Below are positions 24,172 to 30,895 of a stretch of DNA of 32,000 bases, piece by piece. The notes beneath the pieces were generated by a model. It worked only from the letters and a program-made list of their open reading frames with translations, searched no databases and was not told the DNA's origin. This DNA comes from Candidatus Iainarchaeum sp. Its GTDB lineage: Archaea; Iainarchaeota; Iainarchaeia; Iainarchaeales; JAZDEL01. A program made the position numbers and the translations under genes. Within the stretch, counting starts at the first letter, position 1. Each line of letters begins with the position of its first letter. The stretch covers positions 201,550 to 233,549 of the forward strand of contig JAZDEL010000010.1 of NCBI GenBank assembly GCA_043808785.1. Reading direction: 5' to 3'.

Positions 24172-24339
24172 TCAGAGCCATTTTTGCCTCTTCATTTTCT
24201 GCCGTTCGAATTCCCTTATCTCGTCCTGAAAGTAGCCGATTGCCTCGCGGCTTTTCGCGGTTTTTATTTTTTCCCTGTGCTCCACAATCCTTTTATCCAG
24301 GGATTCAATTCCTTTCCTGTATTTCTTTTTTTCGCCCAT
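24172..24339 (-). CDS. candidate 55-aa charged coiled-coil protein (below the ORF-track size cutoff)
   Basis: Hand translation gives MGEKKKYRKGIESLDKRIVEHREKIKTAKSREAIGYFQDEIREFERQKMKRQKWL*. Its ATG at 24339 overlaps the 3' end of the upstream MNT/HEPN gene by 35 nt. Confidence 0.35.
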   Translation of the reverse strand: MGEKKKYRKGIESLDKRIVEHREKIKTAKSREAIGYFQDEIREFERQKMKRQKWL

Positions 24340-25147
24340 TGCCGAGCGCCTCCTCTGTTTTCAGGAAATCTATTTTTGCCGCTTCGAAAAGCCTTTCCGC
24401 ATCGGGGAGCGTGATTTTTGCTTCCGTCTTTTTGTGGCCACGCACAGCCCTGTAGGTTTGCATGAACGCTTCGGCTTCTTTTTTGCCGAATCCATGGCTT
24501 TTCAGCAGCGCCACAAACCCCGCGTTCGAGAATTTCCCGCCTTTCAGGAAGCACCGCACATTGAACAGCGCGCGCATGCGAAGGATGAGGGAGTAAATGC
24601 AAACAGCGCTGTCGAGGTATTCCCTGCCTTCTTTCCTTTCCGCGGCAAGGAGTTCCTCAGTGTTCTTGAACGCGCCAAGCGTGCTGCCGAGCAGTTCCTT
24701 GAAATCGGGCTCCGGCTTAATGCCGCGCAGTTCCTCAAGCAGGCTTGCGTTGAAAATGGGCTTCGCCTCCTGCACTGCCTGCCTCCAAAAGAGCGTGGGG
24801 TCATGCTTAATCGCCTCAGCAAGGCGCGCCTTCGCCATTGCAGAGAAATCGAGCCTGCCTCTTTTCTTCGGCCCTATTTCCGCATCCGAAACCACGAGCA
24901 CGTCTATGTCGGAATCCGCGTGCTGCTCCCCGCGCGCGAAACTGCCGAAAAGGAACACGCCCTGCACATCCCCCAAATGCGGCTTCAGCGCCTCCATTAC
25001 CTCGGCGCTGATGTCCAGCGGCCTCTCCTCGAGGATTACAAGCACCTTTTTCCCGATCCAGCGTTTGGGGGTATATACTATGCTGCCGTTGCCGAACCTG
25101 ACAACTTCCTTTTCAACGGATTCGCCTATGTTGATTGTTTTGAGCAT
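24305..25147 (-). CDS. three-domain fusion: AbrB/SpoVT-like (DUF2080-like) N-terminus + minimal nucleotidyltransferase (MNT) + HEPN-like C-terminal helical domain
   Basis: VEKEVVRFGNGSIVYTPKRWIGKKVLVIL is the swapped-hairpin-like N-terminus. GVFLFGSFARGEQHADSDIDVLVV is the Pol-beta NTase G[SG]...DxD motif. The C-terminal helical region carries YRAVRGH (Rx4H). Confidence 0.7.
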   Translation of the reverse strand: MLKTINIGESVEKEVVRFGNGSIVYTPKRWIGKKVLVILEERPLDISAEVMEALKPHLGDVQGVFLFGSFARGEQHADSDIDVLVVSDAEIGPKKRGRLDFSAMAKARLAEAIKHDPTLFWRQAVQEAKPIFNASLLEELRGIKPEPDFKELLGSTLGAFKNTEELLAAERKEGREYLDSAVCIYSLILRMRALFNVRCFLKGGKFSNAGFVALLKSHGFGKKEAEAFMQTYRAVRGHKKTEAKITLPDAERLFEAAKIDFLKTEEALGNGRKKEIQERN

Positions 25148-25164
25148 AGTATATACGTGTATAG

Positions 25165-25300
25165 ACTTATTTATAAGGGTTTCGGCTTGCCTGTCCCCTG
25201 CCCTTCCGGATGCCCGAAGCCGGCATATGTGACTATCGTTTATAAAGCGCCCGAGTTAGTCATATATTCCTGCGATTTATAAATGGTTTGAGTTAGCTCC
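25165..25300. repeat. TATA-containing repeat modules (TTTATAA[AG]-N5-6-GAGTTAG-..ATATAT) with 37-nt spacing, upstream of the MNT/HEPN gene
   Basis: TTTATAAG at 25169, and TTTATAAA at 25239 and 25276 (37 nt apart). Both of the last two are followed by GAGTTAG. Confidence 0.55.
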
Positions 25301-25369
25301 GCCCCCTTTAAGCATTTAAATAGGGTTACGTTATGGCGTAACTGTGTGTGCCCGCGGCATTTGCCATTG

Positions 25370-25555
25370 TCATGCCTTTTTGGGAGTTTCCCAATGCCCG
25401 CCTTTGCTGGGCCCTTTCCAAGAAATCTTTTTTTGCTTTCGCAGCCTCTTTATGTGGTATTTTACCCCGTCAAGAGTAATGTTTAGCTCTTTCGCAATCT
25501 CTTCTTTTGTAATGGTTGATTTTTTCGCAATTAGCCCAAGAATTGTTTCCGGCAT
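25370..25555 (-). CDS. small winged-helix DNA-binding protein (61 aa)
   Basis: MPETILGLIAKKSTITKEEIAKELNITLDGVKYHIKRLRKQKKISWKGPSKGGHWE is the typical short archaeal wHTH module. The ATG at 25555 is preferred over the 110-aa track ORF. Confidence 0.65.
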   Translation of the reverse strand: MPETILGLIAKKSTITKEEIAKELNITLDGVKYHIKRLRKQKKISWKGPSKGGHWETPKKA

Positions 25556-25558
25556 TTT

Positions 25559-25592
25559 GGGGGTAGTTTTGGGGGTAGTTTTAGGGGTAGTG
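25559..25592. repeat. 2.8 tandem copies of the 12-mer GGGGGTAGTTTT immediately upstream of the wHTH start
   Basis: gggggtagtttt gggggtagtttt aggggtagtg at 25559-25592. It would read TTPKTTPKTTPK if translated on the minus strand. Confidence 0.7.
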
Positions 25593-25758
25593 CCCCCAAA
25601 ACTTGGTTTGCGGCAGAACACAGCCTGAAAGCCTGTTTTTAGCAATTGGAATTCGGCTTTTAGCAGCCATTGTGGGCGAAGGGGGCTAAAACACGGCTGC
25701 AAGCCGAAAGCCGGATTTTGGGCTTGTAGTAACCATTATAGCCTATCTGTTTGGCGAA

Positions 25759-25838
25759 TATATAACTGGTATTTATAAATGCCTTGAATTGGTTATATAT
25801 AACTACTATTTATAAATAGTTTGAGGCAGTTATATATC
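25759..25838. repeat. 2.2 tandem copies of a 37-nt unit (TATATAACTNNTATTTATAAATNNNTTGANNNNGT), same family as 25165-25300, in the divergent wHTH/abiEi-like promoter region
   Basis: Units start at 25759 and 25796, with a partial unit at about 25833. TTTATAAA occurs at 25772 and 25809 (37 nt apart). Confidence 0.7.
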
Positions 25839-25846
25839 GGTTTTTT

Positions 25847-26524
25847 ATGGTCGGAACAAAGATGAAAAGGATGCTTGTGCTCCTTCTTGACCCGGAATAC
25901 AGGCTCTCGAGCAAATACAGGCTTGCGAAAGATGCCGGGAGCACGCCTTCCTGGGCAATTAATGTAATTAAGAAACTCGAAAAGAAAGGCATCGTCAAAA
26001 ACCTCAAGGTGATTAACCCCATGGGCTTGTTCGGGCTGTTCCACGAGCTGCGGCCCAAAAAAAGCGTTTCAAGGAGCTATTCAATTTACTCCCTTGGTAG
26101 CGTGGACAAATTGATTGACTTGTTCAGAAAATCCGGCAAAGAGTATGCCTTCACGACTTACATTGCCGAGAACATCCTGCAAAAGCACTTATTCAGCCAC
26201 AGAACCGAAGCGTACATAAGAAAAGAGGATTTGGAAGATTGGCATAAGCAATTAACGGCAATCGGAACCTATGGCGGCGGGAATGTTCGGATTATTGTTT
26301 CTGAGAACGACGAGCTTTTCAACAAGAAACGAATGCATGACAAAATAGCGGGCGGGAAATTTTTTGATGCGAAGAAAGGCGGGCATAAAGAAGAGAGTGA
26401 AGGCCCGTGGGTTGTCGGCATTCCCCAATTGATTTCCGATTTGTATGCCGAAGGCGGGCCCGCGGGAGAGGCGGCGGACATGCTTTTGGAAAAGCTTGTG
26501 AAAACCTTGAAGGAGAAAAAATAA
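25847..26524 (+). CDS. AbiEi-like antitoxin/transcriptional regulator (N-terminal wHTH + C-terminal domain)
   Basis: The N-terminal wHTH-like part is YRLAKDAGSTPSWAINVIKKLEKKGIV. The C-terminal part (YAFTTYIAENILQKHLF..., VVGIPQLISDLYAEGGPAGEAADMLLEKL) resembles AbiEi architecture. Its stop overlaps the next ATG (TAATG). Confidence 0.55.
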   Translation: MVGTKMKRMLVLLLDPEYRLSSKYRLAKDAGSTPSWAINVIKKLEKKGIVKNLKVINPMGLFGLFHELRPKKSVSRSYSIYSLGSVDKLIDLFRKSGKEYAFTTYIAENILQKHLFSHRTEAYIRKEDLEDWHKQLTAIGTYGGGNVRIIVSENDELFNKKRMHDKIAGGKFFDAKKGGHKEESEGPWVVGIPQLISDLYAEGGPAGEAADMLLEKLVKTLKEKK

Positions 26525-27465
26525 TGTACGACAGCAGGGAAACAGCGCGCTCGTATGAATACCTCGGAAAAGTAGTTTCCGTTCTGCAGGAGCCTGTTTG
26601 CCTTATTGGCGGCTGGGCGGTTTTCCTTACAGTGAACAGGAATTACAAGGCAGGCACGGGAAGGGATTATTTGGGTTCAAGGGATATAGACCTCGGCTTT
26701 CACCTTGAGGAAAGGGGGGATTTTTCAAAATCGGCTTTTTCGGTTTCCATGAAAAAGCTCACGGAAGAAGGGTTCAGGGAAGTCGGCGGCAGGATGGCAA
26801 AGGAACTCGATTTCGACACAGGCAGGGAACTGCAGAAAGAGGAGGCGCAGAGAAAGCCGTCTTTTGAAATCCATAAGATGTACGTTGACCTGCTTGCCGA
26901 CCGCGTGCCGAAGCCGCATATCGGAAAGGGCGGCAAACTGCTTCTCGACGAGCCGCTGCTTCAGTATGCCTTTGCGGACAAGGCGAACCGCGAGGAACTT
27001 GAGGAATTCGGCAGGAAGCTCTGGCTGCCAAAGCCCTGGCTGCTGCTTGCTATGAAAACAAAATCCCTGCCAGGAAGGCAGAAGGAAGACAAGCGCAGGA
27101 AGGACATTGCCGACATGGCTGCGATAATTCTGTTTGCAAAGCATGAAGGCGGCCCCCCGAAAATGCTTGAGGTAATGAGAAAGGATAAAATTACCCAGAG
27201 CCTGAAGGGGATTACGCAGGCTGAGATAAAGGAAACCGAGCTGCTGCTTGGCATTCAGCCGGACTCCTTCGGCGCGGCACTTGCAGGCGTTATCAGGCAG
27301 GTGGAGCAGACCTACAAAGGCAAGGTCAGAAAAATCATTTCAAACGGGGCGATAGTTCAGGTTGCGAGGAGCCATTCCATTGCTGAAATAAGGAATGCGA
27401 TACCTGCGCTGAAAATAGGGGATATTGTTTTGTGCACCGATTTTGAGACAATAAGAAAAATCTGA
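26524..27465 (+). CDS. AbiEii-like (DUF1814-type) nucleotidyltransferase with an extra C-terminal small beta-barrel (S1/OB- or SH3-like) segment
   Basis: LIGGWAVFL...GSRDIDLGF is the NTase GG...[ST]xDxD motif. LLAMKTKSLPGRQKEDKRRKDIADMAAI is the K...R....KD..D motif. The C-terminal segment is YKGKVRKIISNGAIVQVARSHSIAEIRNAIPALKIGDIVLCTDFE. Confidence 0.6.
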   Translation: MYDSRETARSYEYLGKVVSVLQEPVCLIGGWAVFLTVNRNYKAGTGRDYLGSRDIDLGFHLEERGDFSKSAFSVSMKKLTEEGFREVGGRMAKELDFDTGRELQKEEAQRKPSFEIHKMYVDLLADRVPKPHIGKGGKLLLDEPLLQYAFADKANREELEEFGRKLWLPKPWLLLAMKTKSLPGRQKEDKRRKDIADMAAIILFAKHEGGPPKMLEVMRKDKITQSLKGITQAEIKETELLLGIQPDSFGAALAGVIRQVEQTYKGKVRKIISNGAIVQVARSHSIAEIRNAIPALKIGDIVLCTDFETIRKI

Positions 27466-27477
27466 CGTAAGCGTTGA

Positions 27478-27563
27478 TGTTGTGTTAAGCAGGGGCTTGA
27501 AACGGAAAAATGAATCTGGTGTTGTGTTGGGTGTGAGTTTGAAACTCAAAAATGAATTTGTGG
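27478..27563 (+). repeat. two tandem imperfect 42-44-nt direct repeats starting 13 nt after the NTase stop codon
   Basis: TGTTGTGTT-N9-cTTGAAAC-gg-AAAAATGAAT-ctgg / TGTTGTGTT-N9-tTTGAAAC-tc-AAAAATGAAT-ttgtgg. The second copy contains the palindrome GAGTTTgAAACTC. Confidence 0.7.
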
Positions 27564-27637
27564 CGGAGCCTTAACTAACAGGAAAAAATTCCGCACCTGC
27601 ATCCTCAGATTCGCCGCCCGTGGCAGCAGCCACGCCC

Positions 27638-27658
27638 GATAACTTTTCAAAAGTTATC
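27638..27658. repeat. perfect 21-nt palindrome GATAACTTTT-c-AAAAGTTATC
   Basis: 10-nt arms are exactly complementary. It is preceded by the hairpin CGTGGC-agca-GCCACG at 27619-27634 and sits within a 485-nt non-coding stretch. Confidence 0.7.
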
Positions 27659-27950
27659 TTTTGCCGCTTTGCGAAATCGGGACATTTTCCCGCCTTTTCT
27701 CCCAAGAAGAGGCTTGGCTTGGGGATTATTTTTTGTGCAATTTTCCGCATTTTCGGAACATTTTCAGCGCTACCTGGTACTGGATGTTTTGCTACAAAAA
27801 TGTGGGGAAGGCGGATGCAAAAAACTGAATCAGAACTAAATTATGTAGGCGCATCCTCGCAGAAATGTTAGCTATTTAACCTTTATCCAGCAACAGATTC
27901 TATTGGTAAGGTTAATATAGGAAAAAGCCGTATAGTTAACGGATAATCGG

Positions 27951-28622
27951 GTGAGCGGATTGGCTATAACCGTTGCGCTGCAGGATGCACTGAGGCCGAT
28001 GCCCGGCCTTGTGGCTCCGCAACTTACAAGCCTGTTCAGGAAACAGCTGATTTTCGCGAGGGATAAAGCAGGCGAGGTTAAAGTGGAGATAGAGCACGAC
28101 CTGGGCGATTTTGATGACCTTCCCTTTTCCTTCGACAGTTTCAAAACGCGGTTCAGGGTTGTTAACTTCGGGGTGCTGGCTTCCGGCGAGCGGCTTTTGG
28201 GTGTGCTGGGCCTGATGGCGCAGAGCCCGAAGAATCTTGAAAAGGAATTCGGCAGGATTAGCAACCAGATATATCGCGCAAGGGTTTCAAAGAGGATAAC
28301 ACTCAGGCAATATCAGTTGACCTCGGTTTATTTGAGGACCTTGAAGGATTATTTCCTTTTTTCCGGCACAGTCATAGGAAAAATATCTGCCGCATCTCCT
28401 TTGGAGACCGTAAAAAAATATGAAAAACTCACAAAAAATTTCGGTTCCCAGATTGAAAACTATCTGCTTTCATTCCTTGCTTTCATATGTTTTATTTACA
28501 TTATTGAGAAGAACGGAAAAATAAGGGCTGAAGAAGTTTTTCGGACCGTTAATTTTTATTCGACCCAGCTGAATATGAGCCATGCCCGCCTCGCCGAAGC
28601 GATTAGTGGTCTGGATGTCTGA
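27951..28622 (+). CDS. hypothetical protein (223 aa, GTG start; ATG 27999 alternative), translationally coupled to the downstream PIN-like gene
   Basis: Long ORF whose opposite-strand ORF is Ser/Arg/Pro-rich and looks like a shadow. Its stop TGA (28620-28622) overlaps the next gene's ATG (28615) as ATGTCTGA. I recognise no family. Confidence 0.55.
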   Translation: MSGLAITVALQDALRPMPGLVAPQLTSLFRKQLIFARDKAGEVKVEIEHDLGDFDDLPFSFDSFKTRFRVVNFGVLASGERLLGVLGLMAQSPKNLEKEFGRISNQIYRARVSKRITLRQYQLTSVYLRTLKDYFLFSGTVIGKISAASPLETVKKYEKLTKNFGSQIENYLLSFLAFICFIYIIEKNGKIRAEEVFRTVNFYSTQLNMSHARLAEAISGLDV

Positions 28623-29262
28623 TTTCCTTTGCTTTGATGCCAACGTCTATCTTTGCTATTTCAAGCAGGAGGGCAAGGAATGGCTCGGGGAGGTCAACTC
28701 GTTCTTCGATAATATGGGCAAGGTAAAGCAGGATGTTGTAATCAACAAGCGGACCAGGAACTTCGTCCGCAGTTACATAACTTCCATAGATACAATCCTC
28801 AGTTCCGACGAGGCGAAAAAAGATTTGCAAAAAGCCGCAAAAACCGGCGACAAAAGGGCGCTGGAAAAGATAAGGCGCATAATCGATGCCGTGGATGAAA
28901 AGCAGTTCGAGAAAATAATCGAGGGCGCGATTTACTTTTACGGAAAGGGGCGCTATGCCTATGCAATATATGAAGGCATTTCAATGAACCTAATCGGGCT
29001 CATTGATGCGGGAAAAATCAAATTTCTGGACTGTGGAATTAAATCGAGCAAATTCATTTCCGAATTGGCGGGCATAGACCCGGAGGATGCCGTGCTGCTG
29101 AGCGAGGTGAATGCAATTAAGCACGAGCACTATGCTTCGGGCAAATTTTACACGGAAGACGAGCACTTTTTCATGCCAAAAACAGACCCTTTTGCGGGCA
29201 TGGGCTTTCACATACTGCATATAAAAAAGATGAAACCCGCGGAAATATTCACTTCGCCTTAA
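28615..29262 (+). CDS. PIN-like nuclease-domain protein (215 aa) with a large helical insertion
   Basis: The N-terminus MSDFLCFDANVYLCYF has the PIN first acidic motif. The C-terminal DPEDAVLLSEVNAIKHEH...GKFYTEDEHFF resembles the D..l.A.A....T.D.dF PIN distal motifs. This is inference by eye only. Confidence 0.5.
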   Translation: MSDFLCFDANVYLCYFKQEGKEWLGEVNSFFDNMGKVKQDVVINKRTRNFVRSYITSIDTILSSDEAKKDLQKAAKTGDKRALEKIRRIIDAVDEKQFEKIIEGAIYFYGKGRYAYAIYEGISMNLIGLIDAGKIKFLDCGIKSSKFISELAGIDPEDAVLLSEVNAIKHEHYASGKFYTEDEHFFMPKTDPFAGMGFHILHIKKMKPAEIFTSP

Positions 29263-30703
29263 CCCACGATTCCATGAATTCGCCGAACTGCTTGAAGTCG
29301 ATGCCTTTGCGCTCGAGTTCCTTGATGTTCTTGAGCATGTCCTGCATTACCGCAAGCGCCTTGTCCTCCCTCCTTTCGATTTCCAGCGCGGTTTTGATGT
29401 CCAGGGGTGTCGAGCACTTGAGGCAGAATTTTTCTGTCGGCGGATTCTGGTTATTGCAGATTTCGCAGACCTTGGGCTTAAGTACATCCTCCTCTTCCTC
29501 GCCCTTTTCAAGGAGACCCGCCTTCTTCAGTATCGCCTTGTCAAGGTCGCGGTGGCTGAGATGCACGTAAACTTTCACCATGTCGCTGTCAGGCCCCCAG
29601 CCTGCGAAAAGCCGCAGCTCGCTTTCGGTTAGCATCTTCGCAAGTTCGGTAAGCCTTGAGTGCCTGAAAAGGTGCGGGTAAACCTTCTTCTTGAAACCAG
29701 CCTGCCTTGCGGCTTTCTTCAGCAGCCTGTTGAGGTTGTTGATGCCGAGCCTTGCCTTTTCCTCGCTCCTTGTGGAGCCAGCAACCCACAGCGGCGCGTC
29801 AGGCTCCTCCCTGAATGGGTGTATGGAAAGCCACTGCGCAATGTACGGGATTGATTTTATGAGCCTTACAGGCCTGTCCCCTGTCTTGCCGCTCAAAACG
29901 GCGATGTATGAATATTTGTCGCGCTTCATGCTGCCGACATTCAGGCCGAGAAACTCGCTTGCCCTTGCCCCGCTTTCATACAGCACGCTTATTATCGCCC
30001 TGTTGCGCACGCTGTTCTGCTTCCCTATAAGCGTCAGGATTTCCGCAGGGAAATAGATGTCCTTCGGCAGGGTTGCCCTGTCCCTCTCCACTTTCATCCA
30101 CTCGACAACATCCTCCTTGTCCATCCACTTGAAGAAGCACTTGAGTTGGGACTTGAATGTGTTTATGGTTTTCGGCGCGTATCTCTGGCTTTCTGCAGCC
30201 CTGAATTTTTCCTTATCCTTGCCTGTAAAAACAAGGGTGTGCGCCTGGCGCGTAGGCGCTGTGCGCCCTTTCCGCAGTTTGAAATCATCGGGGCATTCCT
30301 TTGCTATGTTGTTCATCAGCACCCTTGCGTAAAAGCGGTTGATGCCGAAATGCGTCCTCACTTCGGGGGAGGTTATGCTGCCTTTTTCCGCAGCCATCTG
30401 CTTCAATTCCAGCGCCTTGCCGTAGTTCTTCTTTTTCATCTTTGCAAGGCCGTTCACAAAGGCGATAAGCTCCTGCTTTTTCATTTTTTTGAAGGGCTTT
30501 TTGAGGCTGCTGTTCAAAGCAATCACAACGCGCAGGAAGTTAATCCTGCTTGAGGGCACCTTTCCGTTTGCGCCTATGCCGCGCGCTTCCCTCTCCGCGT
30601 CATATTCGAGAATGAGCTTCTTGTTCACCGCGGGAATATCTTTGCTTTCCTTTACAAGCCTTATGAGCCTGTCGAGCGTGCTCTTTGCGTTTGTATCTGC
30701 CAT
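29249..30703 (-). CDS. tyrosine recombinase/integrase (484 aa) with an internal HTH-like insert and a C-terminal double zinc-ribbon plus coiled tail
   Basis: The catalytic set is ESGARASEF (Arg), HLFRHSRLT (HxxR), GWGPDS (Trp/His position) and VYVHLSH (Tyr). The zinc ribbon is CEICNNQNPPTEKFCLKCSTPL. Confidence 0.88.
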   Translation of the reverse strand: MADTNAKSTLDRLIRLVKESKDIPAVNKKLILEYDAEREARGIGANGKVPSSRINFLRVVIALNSSLKKPFKKMKKQELIAFVNGLAKMKKKNYGKALELKQMAAEKGSITSPEVRTHFGINRFYARVLMNNIAKECPDDFKLRKGRTAPTRQAHTLVFTGKDKEKFRAAESQRYAPKTINTFKSQLKCFFKWMDKEDVVEWMKVERDRATLPKDIYFPAEILTLIGKQNSVRNRAIISVLYESGARASEFLGLNVGSMKRDKYSYIAVLSGKTGDRPVRLIKSIPYIAQWLSIHPFREEPDAPLWVAGSTRSEEKARLGINNLNRLLKKAARQAGFKKKVYPHLFRHSRLTELAKMLTESELRLFAGWGPDSDMVKVYVHLSHRDLDKAILKKAGLLEKGEEEEDVLKPKVCEICNNQNPPTEKFCLKCSTPLDIKTALEIERREDKALAVMQDMLKNIKELERKGIDFKQFGEFMESWVKAK

Positions 30704-30895
30704 GCAATAAGATAACTGGCAACAGGAATTTAAAAAACTACTCTTTCACCGTGCTAATGAATATCTCTCCGAAGAACTTTCCGCCAGATGAATAATTATT
30801 TTCGGGGGGTTAGAAACAGACTTTCTATATAGGCGCGAAGTTCATTTAACCCTTCCGAGGCGCGGGTTTAAATTTAACAGAGACGCGTGTCTGGT

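Noticed and set aside
23924-24181. An 85-aa basic ORF on the minus strand whose start overlaps the stop of the 55-aa ORF.
   Set aside because: It has a low-complexity basic sequence with no recognisable motif. It cannot be distinguished from chance in a 370-nt spacer. The region also contains a hairpin (about 23958-24005) and a plus-strand TATA-like box (about 24073), so its nature is unresolved.
25370-25702. The 110-aa version of the wHTH ORF, including a TTPKTTPKTTPK repeat.
   Set aside because: The N-terminal 49 residues look non-protein-like. The TTPK repeat coincides with a DNA 12-mer array, and the wHTH module starts exactly at the internal Met (ATG 25555).
27478-27563. A CRISPR array, or a classical type III (ToxI-like) antitoxin array.
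   Set aside because: There are only two imperfect copies and no spacer/repeat alternation. The repeats lie downstream of one gene and 390 nt upstream of the next, unlike ToxIN/CptIN layouts. No CRISPR-like array occurs anywhere in the window.
27620-27871. An 83-aa GTG-start ORF in the large non-coding stretch.
   Set aside because: It has no ATG start, a Cys/Phe/Gly-rich odd composition, and overlaps the palindromes and hairpins. It is kept only as part of the non-coding-region finding.
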